NCBI GenBank assembly: GCA_035546095.1
Contig: DASZXB010000088.1
Coordinates: forward strand, 3,042 to 67,041
Length of the DNA: 64,000 nt
Reading direction: 5' to 3'
Source of the DNA: Verrucomicrobiia bacterium
Lineage (GTDB): Bacteria > Verrucomicrobiota > Verrucomicrobiia > Limisphaerales > UBA11358
Shown: one piece after another, positions 19,108 through 28,209 of the stretch
Numbering within the stretch: the stretch's first letter is position 1
Layout of the letters: every line of letters starts with the position of its first letter
The notes under the pieces: generated by a model
What the model saw: only the letters and a program-made list of their open reading frames with translations
The model's database searches: none
Told to the model about the DNA's origin: nothing
Made by a program: the position numbers and the translations under genes

Positions 19108-19748
19108 GCGCTTGCCTCTTCGGGCTTTTCTTCCATTTCACCTTCGGGTTCACGCGCGCCGGCATTTTTTTCAGCCGGTGATTCGGAAACGCCGCATTTG
19201 GCCGCGCCAGCGAACAACGCCGTGAACAATCCGCTGCTCAACAGCGTATTGCGAAAAAATTCCAAAGTGGTTGGCCACCCGTTGATGCCTTTCGTCAGCG
19301 CCAGCAGCCAGCCGGAAAAAGTTTTTGTATATTCAGCATTATGAAATGGGTTAAAGAACCACGACGCCGTGTTCGTGATGAGGTAAAACAGAATTGCCCC
19401 CAAAAGCCCGCCGCCAAGTAAAACCAAAAACGATGATTGTGGTTTGAAACGGCGGCCAAGGAAAATCAATGCGGCGTAAGCAACGTAATTAAAGACCAGA
19501 TTTGCCAAATCCGGCCCATCCCAAACCGTGTAGCCTTTCCATTGATAATAAAAATTCAGCCCAATATCAGTAATCAATATTATGGCCAGCGGTAGATACC
19601 ACGCCTGACGCTTTGGAAAGAAAACACCCGCGCAGAATGCAAACGCGTAAGCCGCGCTGAAATTCACCGGCCACAAGCCTGGAATTCGCGATATGGCGAA
19701 CAACGCCACAAAAATCAGCGGCAACCAGCGATTCCATTTTTCTTTCAT
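19104..19748 (-). CDS. polytopic membrane protein (tentatively DUF6580-like)
   Basis: From the ATG at 19748: MKEKWNRWLPLIFVALFAISRIP..., six hydrophobic helices. The longer track ORF would overlap the divergent rluA-like gene. Confidence 0.6.
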   Translation of the reverse strand: MKEKWNRWLPLIFVALFAISRIPGLWPVNFSAAYAFAFCAGVFFPKRQAWYLPLAIILITDIGLNFYYQWKGYTVWDGPDLANLVFNYVAYAALIFLGRRFKPQSSFLVLLGGGLLGAILFYLITNTASWFFNPFHNAEYTKTFSGWLLALTKGINGWPTTLEFFRNTLLSSGLFTALFAGAAKCGVSESPAEKNAGAREPEGEMEEKPEEASA

Positions 19749-19787
19749 TCGCGCACATAATACGCTCGCGTCGCACAAAGACAAGCT

Positions 19788-20579
19788 GTGGAAAAACTGT
19801 TCGACATCATTCACGAAGACGAGGAATTGCTCGTGGTCAATAAACCTGCCGGATTGGTGTGTCATCCGACCAAAAATGGTGAAATGTCCAGCTTGATTGG
19901 TCGCGCGCGATTACATTTGGCGGCGCGAGTGTCCTCGCGAGCCGACAATTTGCCGCATCTTGTCAATCGCCTTGATCGCGAAACCAGTGGCGTCGTTTTG
20001 ATTGCCAAGAATTCTGAAATCGCCGGCGAACTTGGAAAAATTCTCGAAAGCCGCGCCGTTGAAAAAGAATATCTCACCATCGTTCACGGTCATGTTGCGG
20101 CAGAGCAGGGGACGATTGACGCACCTTTGGGTAAAGACGAACGAAGTAAAGTGGCTGTGAAAGATTGTGTTCGCCCTGATGGTGCGCCTGCGCAAACGAA
20201 ATTTGTTGTTGAGAAAAAATTTGTTGCCCCCATCGCTTCGTTGAGCGGAAAAAAGGCGGCTGATGGGGTGGGTGAAGGTAGATTTTCCCTGCTTCGCGTT
20301 TTTCCGCAAACTGGACGCAAACATCAAATCCGTATCCACCTTGCGCATATCAGCCACCCCATTGTCGGAGACAAAGTTTACGGAGGCGACGAAGATTATT
20401 ATCTGGCTTTGGTAGAAAATCGTTTAACTGACAAACAACGCACTGAATTAATTTTTGAAAATCATGCGCTCCACGCCTACTACATTAGATTTCACTGGCG
20501 CGACAAATTATATGAATTTTCCTGCGAACCAGAAGCGTGGTTTAGGAATTTTTGCCGGATTTTGAAAAAAAGCCTTTAA
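19788..20579 (+). CDS. RluA-family pseudouridine synthase
   Basis: HRLDRETSGVVLIAK catalytic-Asp motif and HQIRIHLA. GTG start. Confidence 0.88.
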   Translation: MEKLFDIIHEDEELLVVNKPAGLVCHPTKNGEMSSLIGRARLHLAARVSSRADNLPHLVNRLDRETSGVVLIAKNSEIAGELGKILESRAVEKEYLTIVHGHVAAEQGTIDAPLGKDERSKVAVKDCVRPDGAPAQTKFVVEKKFVAPIASLSGKKAADGVGEGRFSLLRVFPQTGRKHQIRIHLAHISHPIVGDKVYGGDEDYYLALVENRLTDKQRTELIFENHALHAYYIRFHWRDKLYEFSCEPEAWFRNFCRILKKSL

Positions 20580-20764
20580 AAAATGCCTAAAATTGTGAAT
20601 AAAATATGAATATCCACCTTAAACCTCAAAATTCGTAGATGAAAACCATTGAATTACAGTTGGTTGAACGACGAAAACATTCAAAAAACATTCAAAAAAA
20701 TGTTGACAGGGGGCTTGAAACTTGAGAAATTCAAAGTACACACGGTAACACTAAATTAAAAAAT

Positions 20765-21448
20765 ATGAGAACAAAAGCACTACTCTTAACCGCTGTCGCG
20801 CTGGCAGTTGGGCTGGCTTCTTCGGAAGCTCAAAACGTTTATTCGCAAAATATAGTTGGATATATAAACTACACTTCAACAACTGTATCCCCACAGTTTG
20901 AATTGATATCCAACCCTCTTGACAATGGTTCAAATACAGTGTCGTCACTGTTTAAGACCCCTCCTGGCGGAACACAGCTTCAACTTTGGCAGCCATCTTC
21001 AGGTAGTTTTCTTACCGTAAGTTTTACTGGTGGCCATTGGAAGACCAATGGTGTTACTGTGGATAACACTTTAATAATACAGCCTGGAACGGGATTTTTT
21101 ATTAGTGTAGGAAGTGGTGTTTATAGCAATACATTTGTTGGAAATGTTACACCTGCTTCTGGAACAGCAGGAACCAACGTTATAGAGACTGGTTTTCAAG
21201 CAGTTTCAAGCCTTGTTCCTTATAGTGACAATGTTACAAACACCAGCACCCTTAACCTAATTGTCCCTGGTGGAACTCAAGTTCAAGCGTGGAATGTTGT
21301 AAATCAATCGTTTGATGTCTATTCATTTACTGGAGGCAGATGGAGATTAAATGGTAATCCTGCTAATTTAACACTTGGAGTTCCACAAGGTGTTTTTGTG
21401 AATAACCAATCTGGTGCTCCGATTAATTGGGTGGAAACTGGGCCATAA
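20765..21448 (+). CDS. secreted protein with an internal duplication, unknown family
   Basis: Signal peptide ending SSEA. Two similar halves, each with PGGTQ(L/V)Q.W....SF.V.SFTGG.W..NG....L...G.G.F. Strongly AT-rich. Confidence 0.6.
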   Translation: MRTKALLLTAVALAVGLASSEAQNVYSQNIVGYINYTSTTVSPQFELISNPLDNGSNTVSSLFKTPPGGTQLQLWQPSSGSFLTVSFTGGHWKTNGVTVDNTLIIQPGTGFFISVGSGVYSNTFVGNVTPASGTAGTNVIETGFQAVSSLVPYSDNVTNTSTLNLIVPGGTQVQAWNVVNQSFDVYSFTGGRWRLNGNPANLTLGVPQGVFVNNQSGAPINWVETGP

Positions 21449-21491
21449 CTTTGAAAAACAAAACTAAACTAAACGACTAATAATTAATTAT

Positions 21492-22124
21492 ATGAAAAAA
21501 TCATTACTAATAGCAATTCTTGGGGTGGGTATAGCTGCGACAAGTTCGCATGGACAAGGGTTCGTGTATTTTTCGAATTATTTTAATTCCAGCACGCCTA
21601 CGATTAATTACTCAACGAATCCAGCGCTTGTTCCGGCGGGGAAGGCTGGTTTGGCAATTGGTGGAAGTTTCGCGGCTGAGCTTTATTGGTATAATGGGCT
21701 CACAAGCAATGCTAGTTTGTTAACACCACTGGCAAGCACAGTGACTTATTTTAGTTTTAACGGGCCTGCTCAAAATTCCACTACTGACGGTGATACTGGT
21801 GACGGTGCAGGATGGTTCTTTGGTGGTGGTGTAACATTAACTGGTTATACTACGGGGCTAGCAACTTTTGAAGTGTTGGTGTTTAATAACGGAAGCCCTG
21901 GTGCGGCAACATTGGAAGCGAACTCTGGTTTGTTTACTCTGACACCTGCTACTGGATCGTCACCAGTTCCTAGTTTTAACCAAGTTCAAAATATTGCGGG
22001 CGGCGGTGTGCAATACAATCCGGCTAATTATGTTGTTCAAGTCGTGCCTGAACCCGCCACGTTGGCCTTGGCTGGTTTTGGAGGTTTGGCTGCGCTTATG
22101 GCATTGCGCCGCAAACAATCTTAA
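21492..22124 (+). CDS. PEP-CTERM sorting-domain protein
   Basis: Signal peptide. C-terminus VPEPATLALAGFGGLAALMALRRKQS gives the PEP motif, a TM helix and a basic tail. Confidence 0.8.
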   Translation: MKKSLLIAILGVGIAATSSHGQGFVYFSNYFNSSTPTINYSTNPALVPAGKAGLAIGGSFAAELYWYNGLTSNASLLTPLASTVTYFSFNGPAQNSTTDGDTGDGAGWFFGGGVTLTGYTTGLATFEVLVFNNGSPGAATLEANSGLFTLTPATGSSPVPSFNQVQNIAGGGVQYNPANYVVQVVPEPATLALAGFGGLAALMALRRKQS

Positions 22125-22153
22125 GGTTGTTAGTTAGCTTTGGTTTTTCACGG

Positions 22154-22181
22154 GCCGCTCTTCGGAGCGGCTTTTTATTTT
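22154..22181 (+). terminator. intrinsic terminator after the PEP-CTERM gene
   Basis: gccgctc-ttcg-gagcggc followed by tttttatttt. Confidence 0.7.
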
Positions 22182-22312
22182 CAAGAATTGTCTCGCTAAT
22201 CTGGTAGTGGGAGTATCTCCGCGAACTGAAGACGAAACGGTGGCCGTGCGCCAGCACCGGCTCGTGAGAGCACTTGCCTCACCGAGTTAAGGCATATCGT
22301 CACTTTGTAATT

Positions 22313-23866
22313 TCATTCATATCCGAACGCTTTGACGAATAGCTCTAATTTCTCCAAATATGGTTCCAAATACTTTTGATAGTTGCGCCAACGGCCTCTG
22401 GCGCGTTTATAGACAGGCTGGGTTACGTCGGCGTAAGTTGGAGAGCGCACCACCTTCTGCCGCGCGTGTTCGTCAAATCCCAGCACGCGGGCGTTCCACG
22501 CAACGCCGAGGAAGTCCAATGATTTGCGTGCGACGGATTCCAGATCGTCCACCATGTCTTCGTAACGCACTTCGAGATAATGACCCTTAACCATAGGTGC
22601 AATTGTTTGCCATAAACTCATCATAGCAACATATTCGTTAATGGTGTTCTCTAAACTTAAATAAGCTGAGCTGACTTGGCCAAGTTGAATGGACTGCATG
22701 AAACAACTTAAAACGACGTCGCGTGGGTCGCGTAGTGCGATGAGTAACTTTATTTCTGGAAAGATGCGGATAAGTGGAGGAATCAAAAAAGTCAACGAAG
22801 GATTTTTATCTATCAAGAGCCGTTCGCCAATGGAGTTTCCAAGAAATTTTTCTACGGAACGGAAATAATTTGCACGCGACTGCTGCAATGTTTCTGTTTG
22901 TGCCAGCTCAAGAAACGAAAGTATGGCAGTTTCACTTGGAAAAGAATGTTGAAGTGGAACATAAGCATCGTCATGAAAAATTGTGGTTTCTTCGACTGAA
23001 ACAATGTCTGGATGCGAGTCCAAAACCTGTTCTAACAAAGTCGTTCCAGAACGAGGATGACCGCCCAATAGCGTCAGCCGATGAAATGATTGCAAATGCG
23101 TGGCCGAATTGAACCATCGTTGTAACATTTCAGCAGAGATGTCATTTTGCATTTGTTTCAGGTGCTTGCGGCTCAATTGCAATTGATCAAATAAGGGCGA
23201 AGCATTCGGGCGCAATAACGCTTTGGCTTCAAGAAATGTAGACATGGCGTCGTCGTAACGTCCCTGACGATCGAGGATTCCGCCTAGTTCATACCAAGCT
23301 TGTGCATAAACCCACGTATCCGCATTTTTTTTTCCCAGAAATGAGCGGATCAACTGCTCCGCTTCGTTCAGATGTCCCGCTTGGCGCTCCAATCGGGCAC
23401 GGGTAAGTAAAGCTTCTGGACAGGCATTGTTCAATTTTAGCGCTTTCTCCACCATGTCAGCGGCGTCTTTCGTTCGGCGGAGGCGTTCATAGAGTTTCGC
23501 CAATTGAACGATTATTTCAGGAGTAACATTTTTTTGTTGTATGGCGCGTAGGTAGTAATTTTCAGCCATAACAAAATTACCAAAATCGCGGCTTTGGAAT
23601 CCAGCTGCAGACAAAACCTCGGTTTTTTGTGGTGCGATGTGAATCGCCTTTTCAAAACAACGTTCAGCGGCGGCATAATCGTGACGTAATCCATACATAC
23701 GCCCTAAATCCAGTAGAATACCAGCATTAGATGGATTCAGACGGCTGGCACGTTCCATCGTTTCTATGGCTGTTTGAAAATCACAGCGTTTCCAAGACTC
23801 ATTAACCGCTTCGAAAATGCGATTCAATGAGCCTTGAGAAACCAAGGATGGGTGTTTCAATTTCAT
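22313..23866 (-). CDS. TPR-repeat protein fused to a sulfotransferase domain
   Basis: N-terminal TPR repeats. C-terminal half has LLGGHPRSGTTLLEQVL (5'-PSB PAPS loop) and RDPRDVVLS (3'-PB-like). Confidence 0.8.
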   Translation of the reverse strand: MKLKHPSLVSQGSLNRIFEAVNESWKRCDFQTAIETMERASRLNPSNAGILLDLGRMYGLRHDYAAAERCFEKAIHIAPQKTEVLSAAGFQSRDFGNFVMAENYYLRAIQQKNVTPEIIVQLAKLYERLRRTKDAADMVEKALKLNNACPEALLTRARLERQAGHLNEAEQLIRSFLGKKNADTWVYAQAWYELGGILDRQGRYDDAMSTFLEAKALLRPNASPLFDQLQLSRKHLKQMQNDISAEMLQRWFNSATHLQSFHRLTLLGGHPRSGTTLLEQVLDSHPDIVSVEETTIFHDDAYVPLQHSFPSETAILSFLELAQTETLQQSRANYFRSVEKFLGNSIGERLLIDKNPSLTFLIPPLIRIFPEIKLLIALRDPRDVVLSCFMQSIQLGQVSSAYLSLENTINEYVAMMSLWQTIAPMVKGHYLEVRYEDMVDDLESVARKSLDFLGVAWNARVLGFDEHARQKVVRSPTYADVTQPVYKRARGRWRNYQKYLEPYLEKLELFVKAFGYE

Positions 23867-23993
23867 TTTCGCCCGAAGTTAAATCCTGTAATGCTTAAAG
23901 CAAATTAAAACACTACCGATAATCATAAGCTCAAGGAGCGATTTTAGTCTACTGAAGAAAATTGATGGAGGTAAAAACGCAATAGGCTACAAA

Positions 23994-24728
23994 TTATTGC
24001 TGTGGTGTCAATTCTGTAATCGGGAGCGGCGGATAATTAGGATCGTTTTTATGCAGCTCCCGTTGTGCCTCAATCATAATTTTTTGGGTGTCTGGATCAA
24101 TCTGCTGCGCTGGCTGCCGCGTCGGCACGTTGTACAAATTTGAATTATAACCGTTATTCGCGCCGGGCGAATTGTTTGAATTGCCATTGGAGTTCCGCCC
24201 GAAACGGCCAAAGCCCCGGCCATTTTCAACATTTCCATTTCCACTATTTGGCATATTGCCACCACTAATGTTGGCCGTTGCTGGTCTGCCTGTGGCTGCT
24301 ACGGGTGCAGGCGCGGCGATGGTCGGTGCGGCGGCCAAGGGGAGTTGTTGCGCGACGCCGTGATTGTTGAAGCTAATGATGCCATTTTTTTCATCAATGT
24401 GTGTGACTTCAATGTCGTCTTGCCGCTGGCCTTCGCCGAGGATATAAGAATCGTCTTTTGCCGGCATGCCGGGCTTTGCGACGCCAGCGACTTTGAAAAG
24501 AACCTGCCTCATCCCGAAGGTGGTCATGATACCGTTGGGAGTGATTTTCACCGGCGGGTCAATAGTCGAAGTATTGGTGACTAATTGTGGTGGATTCAAA
24601 CCGAAAACATTTCGTGCAGGAATCAAAGTGTAAGGATTATTGGTGGATGTGTCTTCAACCGCAAACAGGCTGGCACTTAATGCCAGTCCGCCCGCAAGGC
24701 AAACTGCAATTTTTCCAATGCGTTTCAT
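23994..24728 (-). CDS. secreted protein with an Asn/Gly-rich low-complexity tail
   Basis: From the ATG at 24728: MKRIGKIAVCLAGGLALSASLFA signal peptide. The GNGNVENGRGFGRFGRNSNGNSNNSPGANNGYNSN tract follows. Confidence 0.55.
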   Translation of the reverse strand: MKRIGKIAVCLAGGLALSASLFAVEDTSTNNPYTLIPARNVFGLNPPQLVTNTSTIDPPVKITPNGIMTTFGMRQVLFKVAGVAKPGMPAKDDSYILGEGQRQDDIEVTHIDEKNGIISFNNHGVAQQLPLAAAPTIAAPAPVAATGRPATANISGGNMPNSGNGNVENGRGFGRFGRNSNGNSNNSPGANNGYNSNLYNVPTRQPAQQIDPDTQKIMIEAQRELHKNDPNYPPLPITELTPQQ

Positions 24729-24933
24729 CAAATAAAGTATACCGTCCACCGGCCCAAATTCAAACACCACCAAAACAGATTGGTTTCGGGAACAAATCAA
24801 CAAGCAGCCAGTGTGCCTTTTATCGAAATTTATTGTTATGATAAACGGGTTTTCCGGCAGCGCAAGATGAAGATTGGCCGCTGGTTTTATTGACATTTTG
24901 CAGGTTGAACGTAGGATGGATTCGGCTTTGCAA

Positions 24934-25008
24934 GGCGCGTTCGTCTATCGGCCAGGACACGGCCCTCTCAAGGCTGAAAGACGGGTTCGATTCCCGTACG
25001 CGCTACCA
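24934..25008 (+). tRNA. tRNA-Glu (anticodon CUC), CCA encoded
   Basis: Manual cloverleaf. Acceptor ggcgcgt/acgcgct, D arm gtct..ggac, anticodon arm cggcc-CTCTCAA-ggctg, T arm acggg-ttcgatt-cccgt, discriminator A plus CCA. The overall sequence closely parallels E. coli tRNA-Glu. Confidence 0.9.
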
Positions 25009-25061
25009 AATTTTAATTTACGTTTGCCAATTGTGATTTGAGGCACGATACCGATCATGTC

Positions 25062-25604
25062 ATGAATGTTAAAATTCTGCCGATTTTTATTACTGTCATC
25101 GCAACAATTATCGGTTGCGGGCAGTCGGTCAAAGCGGATGAAACAAATATGACCTTTGTCTCTCAATTGAAATCGGGCGCCAGCAATACCTGGCAAGACG
25201 TCAAGCAAGTCAGCACACAAACCTGGTCAAAAGTTCAATCGGGCACGACGCAGGCATGGACGGATGTGAAGCAATCGGTTCATCCGGCAACAGATTACGG
25301 TTACGACGAAAAGGACAAGTTTGTGGCCAAAGCCAAACGGGATTTGGCGGTGATGGATAAAAGAATCAAGCAATTGTCAGACAAAACTGTAAATGTCGGT
25401 GATGCGGCCAAAAATGACGCGCAATCCAAATTGAAAGAGTTACAAAACAAGCGGGTTGACTTGGATAAAAAATTTGATGACGTGAAAAAATCGTCACAAG
25501 AAGATTGGGACAAGACGAAAACCAGATTCAAAGATTCGTTTGATGATTTGAAGGATTCTTTCAAACGGACGAGGGAATGGTTCAGTGAAAAAATCAATGG
25601 GTGA
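25062..25604 (+). CDS. lipoprotein, helical, unknown function
   Basis: Lipobox IIGC. Triple TW.DVKQ-type repeat followed by a Lys/Asp-rich helical region. Confidence 0.55.
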   Translation: MNVKILPIFITVIATIIGCGQSVKADETNMTFVSQLKSGASNTWQDVKQVSTQTWSKVQSGTTQAWTDVKQSVHPATDYGYDEKDKFVAKAKRDLAVMDKRIKQLSDKTVNVGDAAKNDAQSKLKELQNKRVDLDKKFDDVKKSSQEDWDKTKTRFKDSFDDLKDSFKRTREWFSEKING

Positions 25605-25628
25605 TTTCTTGTTAGCTAAAATCCCTGC

Positions 25629-26993
25629 TTATTCCAATCCGATTTTCTTTCGTTTGCGATAAAGGGTGGCCTGATCAATGCCGAGAATGGTGGCAGCCTC
25701 GGTAAGACTCGGTGTGCGTTCCAAGACTTTACGCAGGTGAATTTCTTCCAACTTCTCCAGCGAAATCAACGAACCGAGTTCGACGGAATTTTGATCGCCA
25801 GTGACTGTGCTTAAATTCTGGCTGCGTAATTCTACCGGAAAATCTTCGGGCAAAAGCTGTTCGTGCCGTGTCATGATGACGGCGCGTTCGATGGCGTTGC
25901 GAAGCTCGCGTAGATTGCCTGGCCAGGAGTAAGCGCGGATGCACGCGGCGGCTTCGGGAGAAAATCCGGCGACTTTTCGTCCGCATTGTGCGGCAAAAAA
26001 CTTCACGTAATGTTCGGCCAGACGAATCAAATCGGCGGCACAGGCGCGCAGCGGCGGAATCTCGACGTTGATGACGTTGAGGCGGAAATATAAATCTTCA
26101 CGAAACGCTCCACTGGCGACGCGTTTTTTCAAATCGCGATTGGTGGCGGCGATAACGCGCACGTTGGATTGCCGCACGGTATTTTCGCCGAGTCGCTCGT
26201 ATTCGTGTTCCTGAAGCAATCGCAGCAGTTTTGGTTGAATTTCCAGAGGCAAATCACCGATTTCATCGAGAAATAAAGTTCCGCCTTCCGCCGCTTTAAC
26301 TTTGCCCCAATGATCTTTAACAGCGCCGGTGAACGAGCCGCGCACGTGGCCGAACAGTTCGCTCTCCAGCAATTCTTTGGAAAGGCTTGGGCAACTGACG
26401 GTCACAAAAGGTTTGTCGGCCAGATGGCTGCGTTCGTGAACGGAGCGCGCGGCGATGCTTTTGCCCGTGCCGCTTTCACCGAGGATGAGGATGGACGCCG
26501 GTGTTTTGGCGGCGCGGGACAAAATTTCCAGCGCGTCGCACATGGCGGGTGTCGTGAAATCAAAAATCGGTTCGAGCCGCTGGGTTTTGATTTCGGTGAC
26601 TTCCTGTTCCAGCCGCTCAATGCGCTGGTTCATCTGGCGCAGGCGTTGTAATCGCGCCAGCACGGTCATGAACTGTTCGCGTTGAAACGGTTTTTCGAGG
26701 AAATCCACCGCGCCGCGCCGCATCGCTTCGACGGCAACTTTCACATTTCCCTGCGCCGTGAACATGACGACGGGAATCTGTGGCTGGCGTTTTTGAATTT
26801 CAGTGAGCACGTCCAAACCGTTTTCGCGTCCAAGATTCAAATCCAGCAGCACGGCGTCGAATTTATCGTCCTTCAACCAGGTCAGTCCAAGTTGGCCGGA
26901 ATCCACGCCTTCCGCGTAGTGTCCAGCTTCTTCAATCAAAAAGCAGGTCGCGTCGCGAAATGTTTTGTCATCGTCAATGACCAGAAAATCCAT
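25629..26993 (-). CDS. sigma-54-dependent response regulator (NtrC family)
   Basis: REC domain (DAVLLDLNLG), AAA+ domain with GESGTGKS and GSFTGA, and a C-terminal Fis-type HTH. Confidence 0.92.
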   Translation of the reverse strand: MDFLVIDDDKTFRDATCFLIEEAGHYAEGVDSGQLGLTWLKDDKFDAVLLDLNLGRENGLDVLTEIQKRQPQIPVVMFTAQGNVKVAVEAMRRGAVDFLEKPFQREQFMTVLARLQRLRQMNQRIERLEQEVTEIKTQRLEPIFDFTTPAMCDALEILSRAAKTPASILILGESGTGKSIAARSVHERSHLADKPFVTVSCPSLSKELLESELFGHVRGSFTGAVKDHWGKVKAAEGGTLFLDEIGDLPLEIQPKLLRLLQEHEYERLGENTVRQSNVRVIAATNRDLKKRVASGAFREDLYFRLNVINVEIPPLRACAADLIRLAEHYVKFFAAQCGRKVAGFSPEAAACIRAYSWPGNLRELRNAIERAVIMTRHEQLLPEDFPVELRSQNLSTVTGDQNSVELGSLISLEKLEEIHLRKVLERTPSLTEAATILGIDQATLYRKRKKIGLE

Positions 26994-27006
26994 AGAAATA
27001 TTTATA

Positions 27007-28209
27007 TTACTGTGCTGTGGGGCGCGGCAAACGGATGATGAACGTCGCGCCGTGTCCCGGATTGCTCTCGCATATCAACTCGCCGTGCATCGCCAGTGCC
27101 AGTTTGCGCACGATGCTCAAGCCCAAGCCCGTGGAAGGTTCTCCGCCGGTCGGCCGCGCCGAGAGTCTGCCGTAACGCCGGAACATACGCGATTTGTCTT
27201 CGGCCGTGAAACCCGGCCCTTCGTCACGGATAACACATTCGACGCAATTGTCGTCCTTTTCGCGAACATGAACAAAAATGCGTTTGCCCAACGGCGAAAA
27301 TTTCACCGCGTTTGACAGTAAATTGTCCAGCACCTGATCCAACGCGGAAGCATCCGCCATCGCTGTGATGGTTTTTTCCGACGGGAAATCGGTCAAAATC
27401 TTCAATTGTTTGCGCCGTGCCGCATCTTCGTATTGTTGCACCACGGCGGCGACGATGTCCACAAGGTTGACGGGGTCAATTTTGGGAGCAAAACGATAAT
27501 CCGCGGAAGCGTTTGCCAGGAATTCCTTGAGGAACGATTGCAGTTGCATACTGGAACGCAGGATATTTCCCGACAAACGGGTGAGACGTCCATCGTCGGA
27601 TTGTTCGATATATCCGTGCAACAATTCGGCGCTCATGCTCATGCCGCCGAGATAATTTTTCAAATCGTGCGCCAGAATGCCTAGCAATTCATCCTTGTCC
27701 TCGGCCAATTGCTCCAATTGGTCACGCGCGCTTTTCAAAGCCAATTGCGTCCGCACGCGCGAAATCAGTTCCGCCTGATTGAACGGTTTGGTGATGTAAT
27801 CCACGCCGCCGGCGTCGAACGCGCGGACAATCAAATCTTTGTCGCCGGCAGCCGACAGGAAAATCACCGGAATATCTTTCCATTCGGCGTTTGCCTTCAA
27901 TTGACGGCAGACTTCGCAGCCGTCCATTTCCGGCATCAGCAAATCGAGCAGAATCAAATCTGGTCGCCGCAGCGCCACGCGTTTCAGGGCGGTCGCGCCG
28001 TCCGCCGCCGGAATGATTTCGTGTCCCAATTGTCCGAGAACGGTTCCAAGAATCTGGATGTTCGGCGGCTGGTCGTCCACCACGAGAATTCGCGCCGGCC
28101 CGATTTCATCGAATGAAACACGCGCCGGCAAATGCGCTGGCGAGGGCAGGGGCAAAATGTTATTTGGCTCCGATTGCAGAGCGGTTTGACTGTTTGAATT
28201 CATGTTCAC
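27007..28209 (-). CDS. response-regulator receiver fused to a histidine kinase (REC-HisKA-HATPase)
   Basis: DLILLDLLMPEMDG receiver, H-box AHDLKN, N/G boxes LLSNAVKF, DEGPGF and GLGLSIV. Confidence 0.9.
   Translation of the reverse strand: MNMNSNSQTALQSEPNNILPLPSPAHLPARVSFDEIGPARILVVDDQPPNIQILGTVLGQLGHEIIPAADGATALKRVALRRPDLILLDLLMPEMDGCEVCRQLKANAEWKDIPVIFLSAAGDKDLIVRAFDAGGVDYITKPFNQAELISRVRTQLALKSARDQLEQLAEDKDELLGILAHDLKNYLGGMSMSAELLHGYIEQSDDGRLTRLSGNILRSSMQLQSFLKEFLANASADYRFAPKIDPVNLVDIVAAVVQQYEDAARRKQLKILTDFPSEKTITAMADASALDQVLDNLLSNAVKFSPLGKRIFVHVREKDDNCVECVIRDEGPGFTAEDKSRMFRRYGRLSARPTGGEPSTGLGLSIVRKLALAMHGELICESNPGHGATFIIRLPRPTAQ

Noticed and set aside
22182-22312. 130-nt spacer after the PEP-CTERM gene terminator (contains gtgc..gcac and a short open frame ..VAVRQHRLVRALASPS) as a gene remnant or ncRNA.
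   Set aside because: I could not recognise any motif, tRNA-like fold or repeat-family membership. It is left unannotated.
20580-25008. Calling the AT-rich islet a tRNA-integrated genomic island.
   Set aside because: No integrase is present and I could not see a direct repeat of the tRNA-Glu 3' end. The islet also lies on the 5' side of the tRNA. Only compositional evidence remains.
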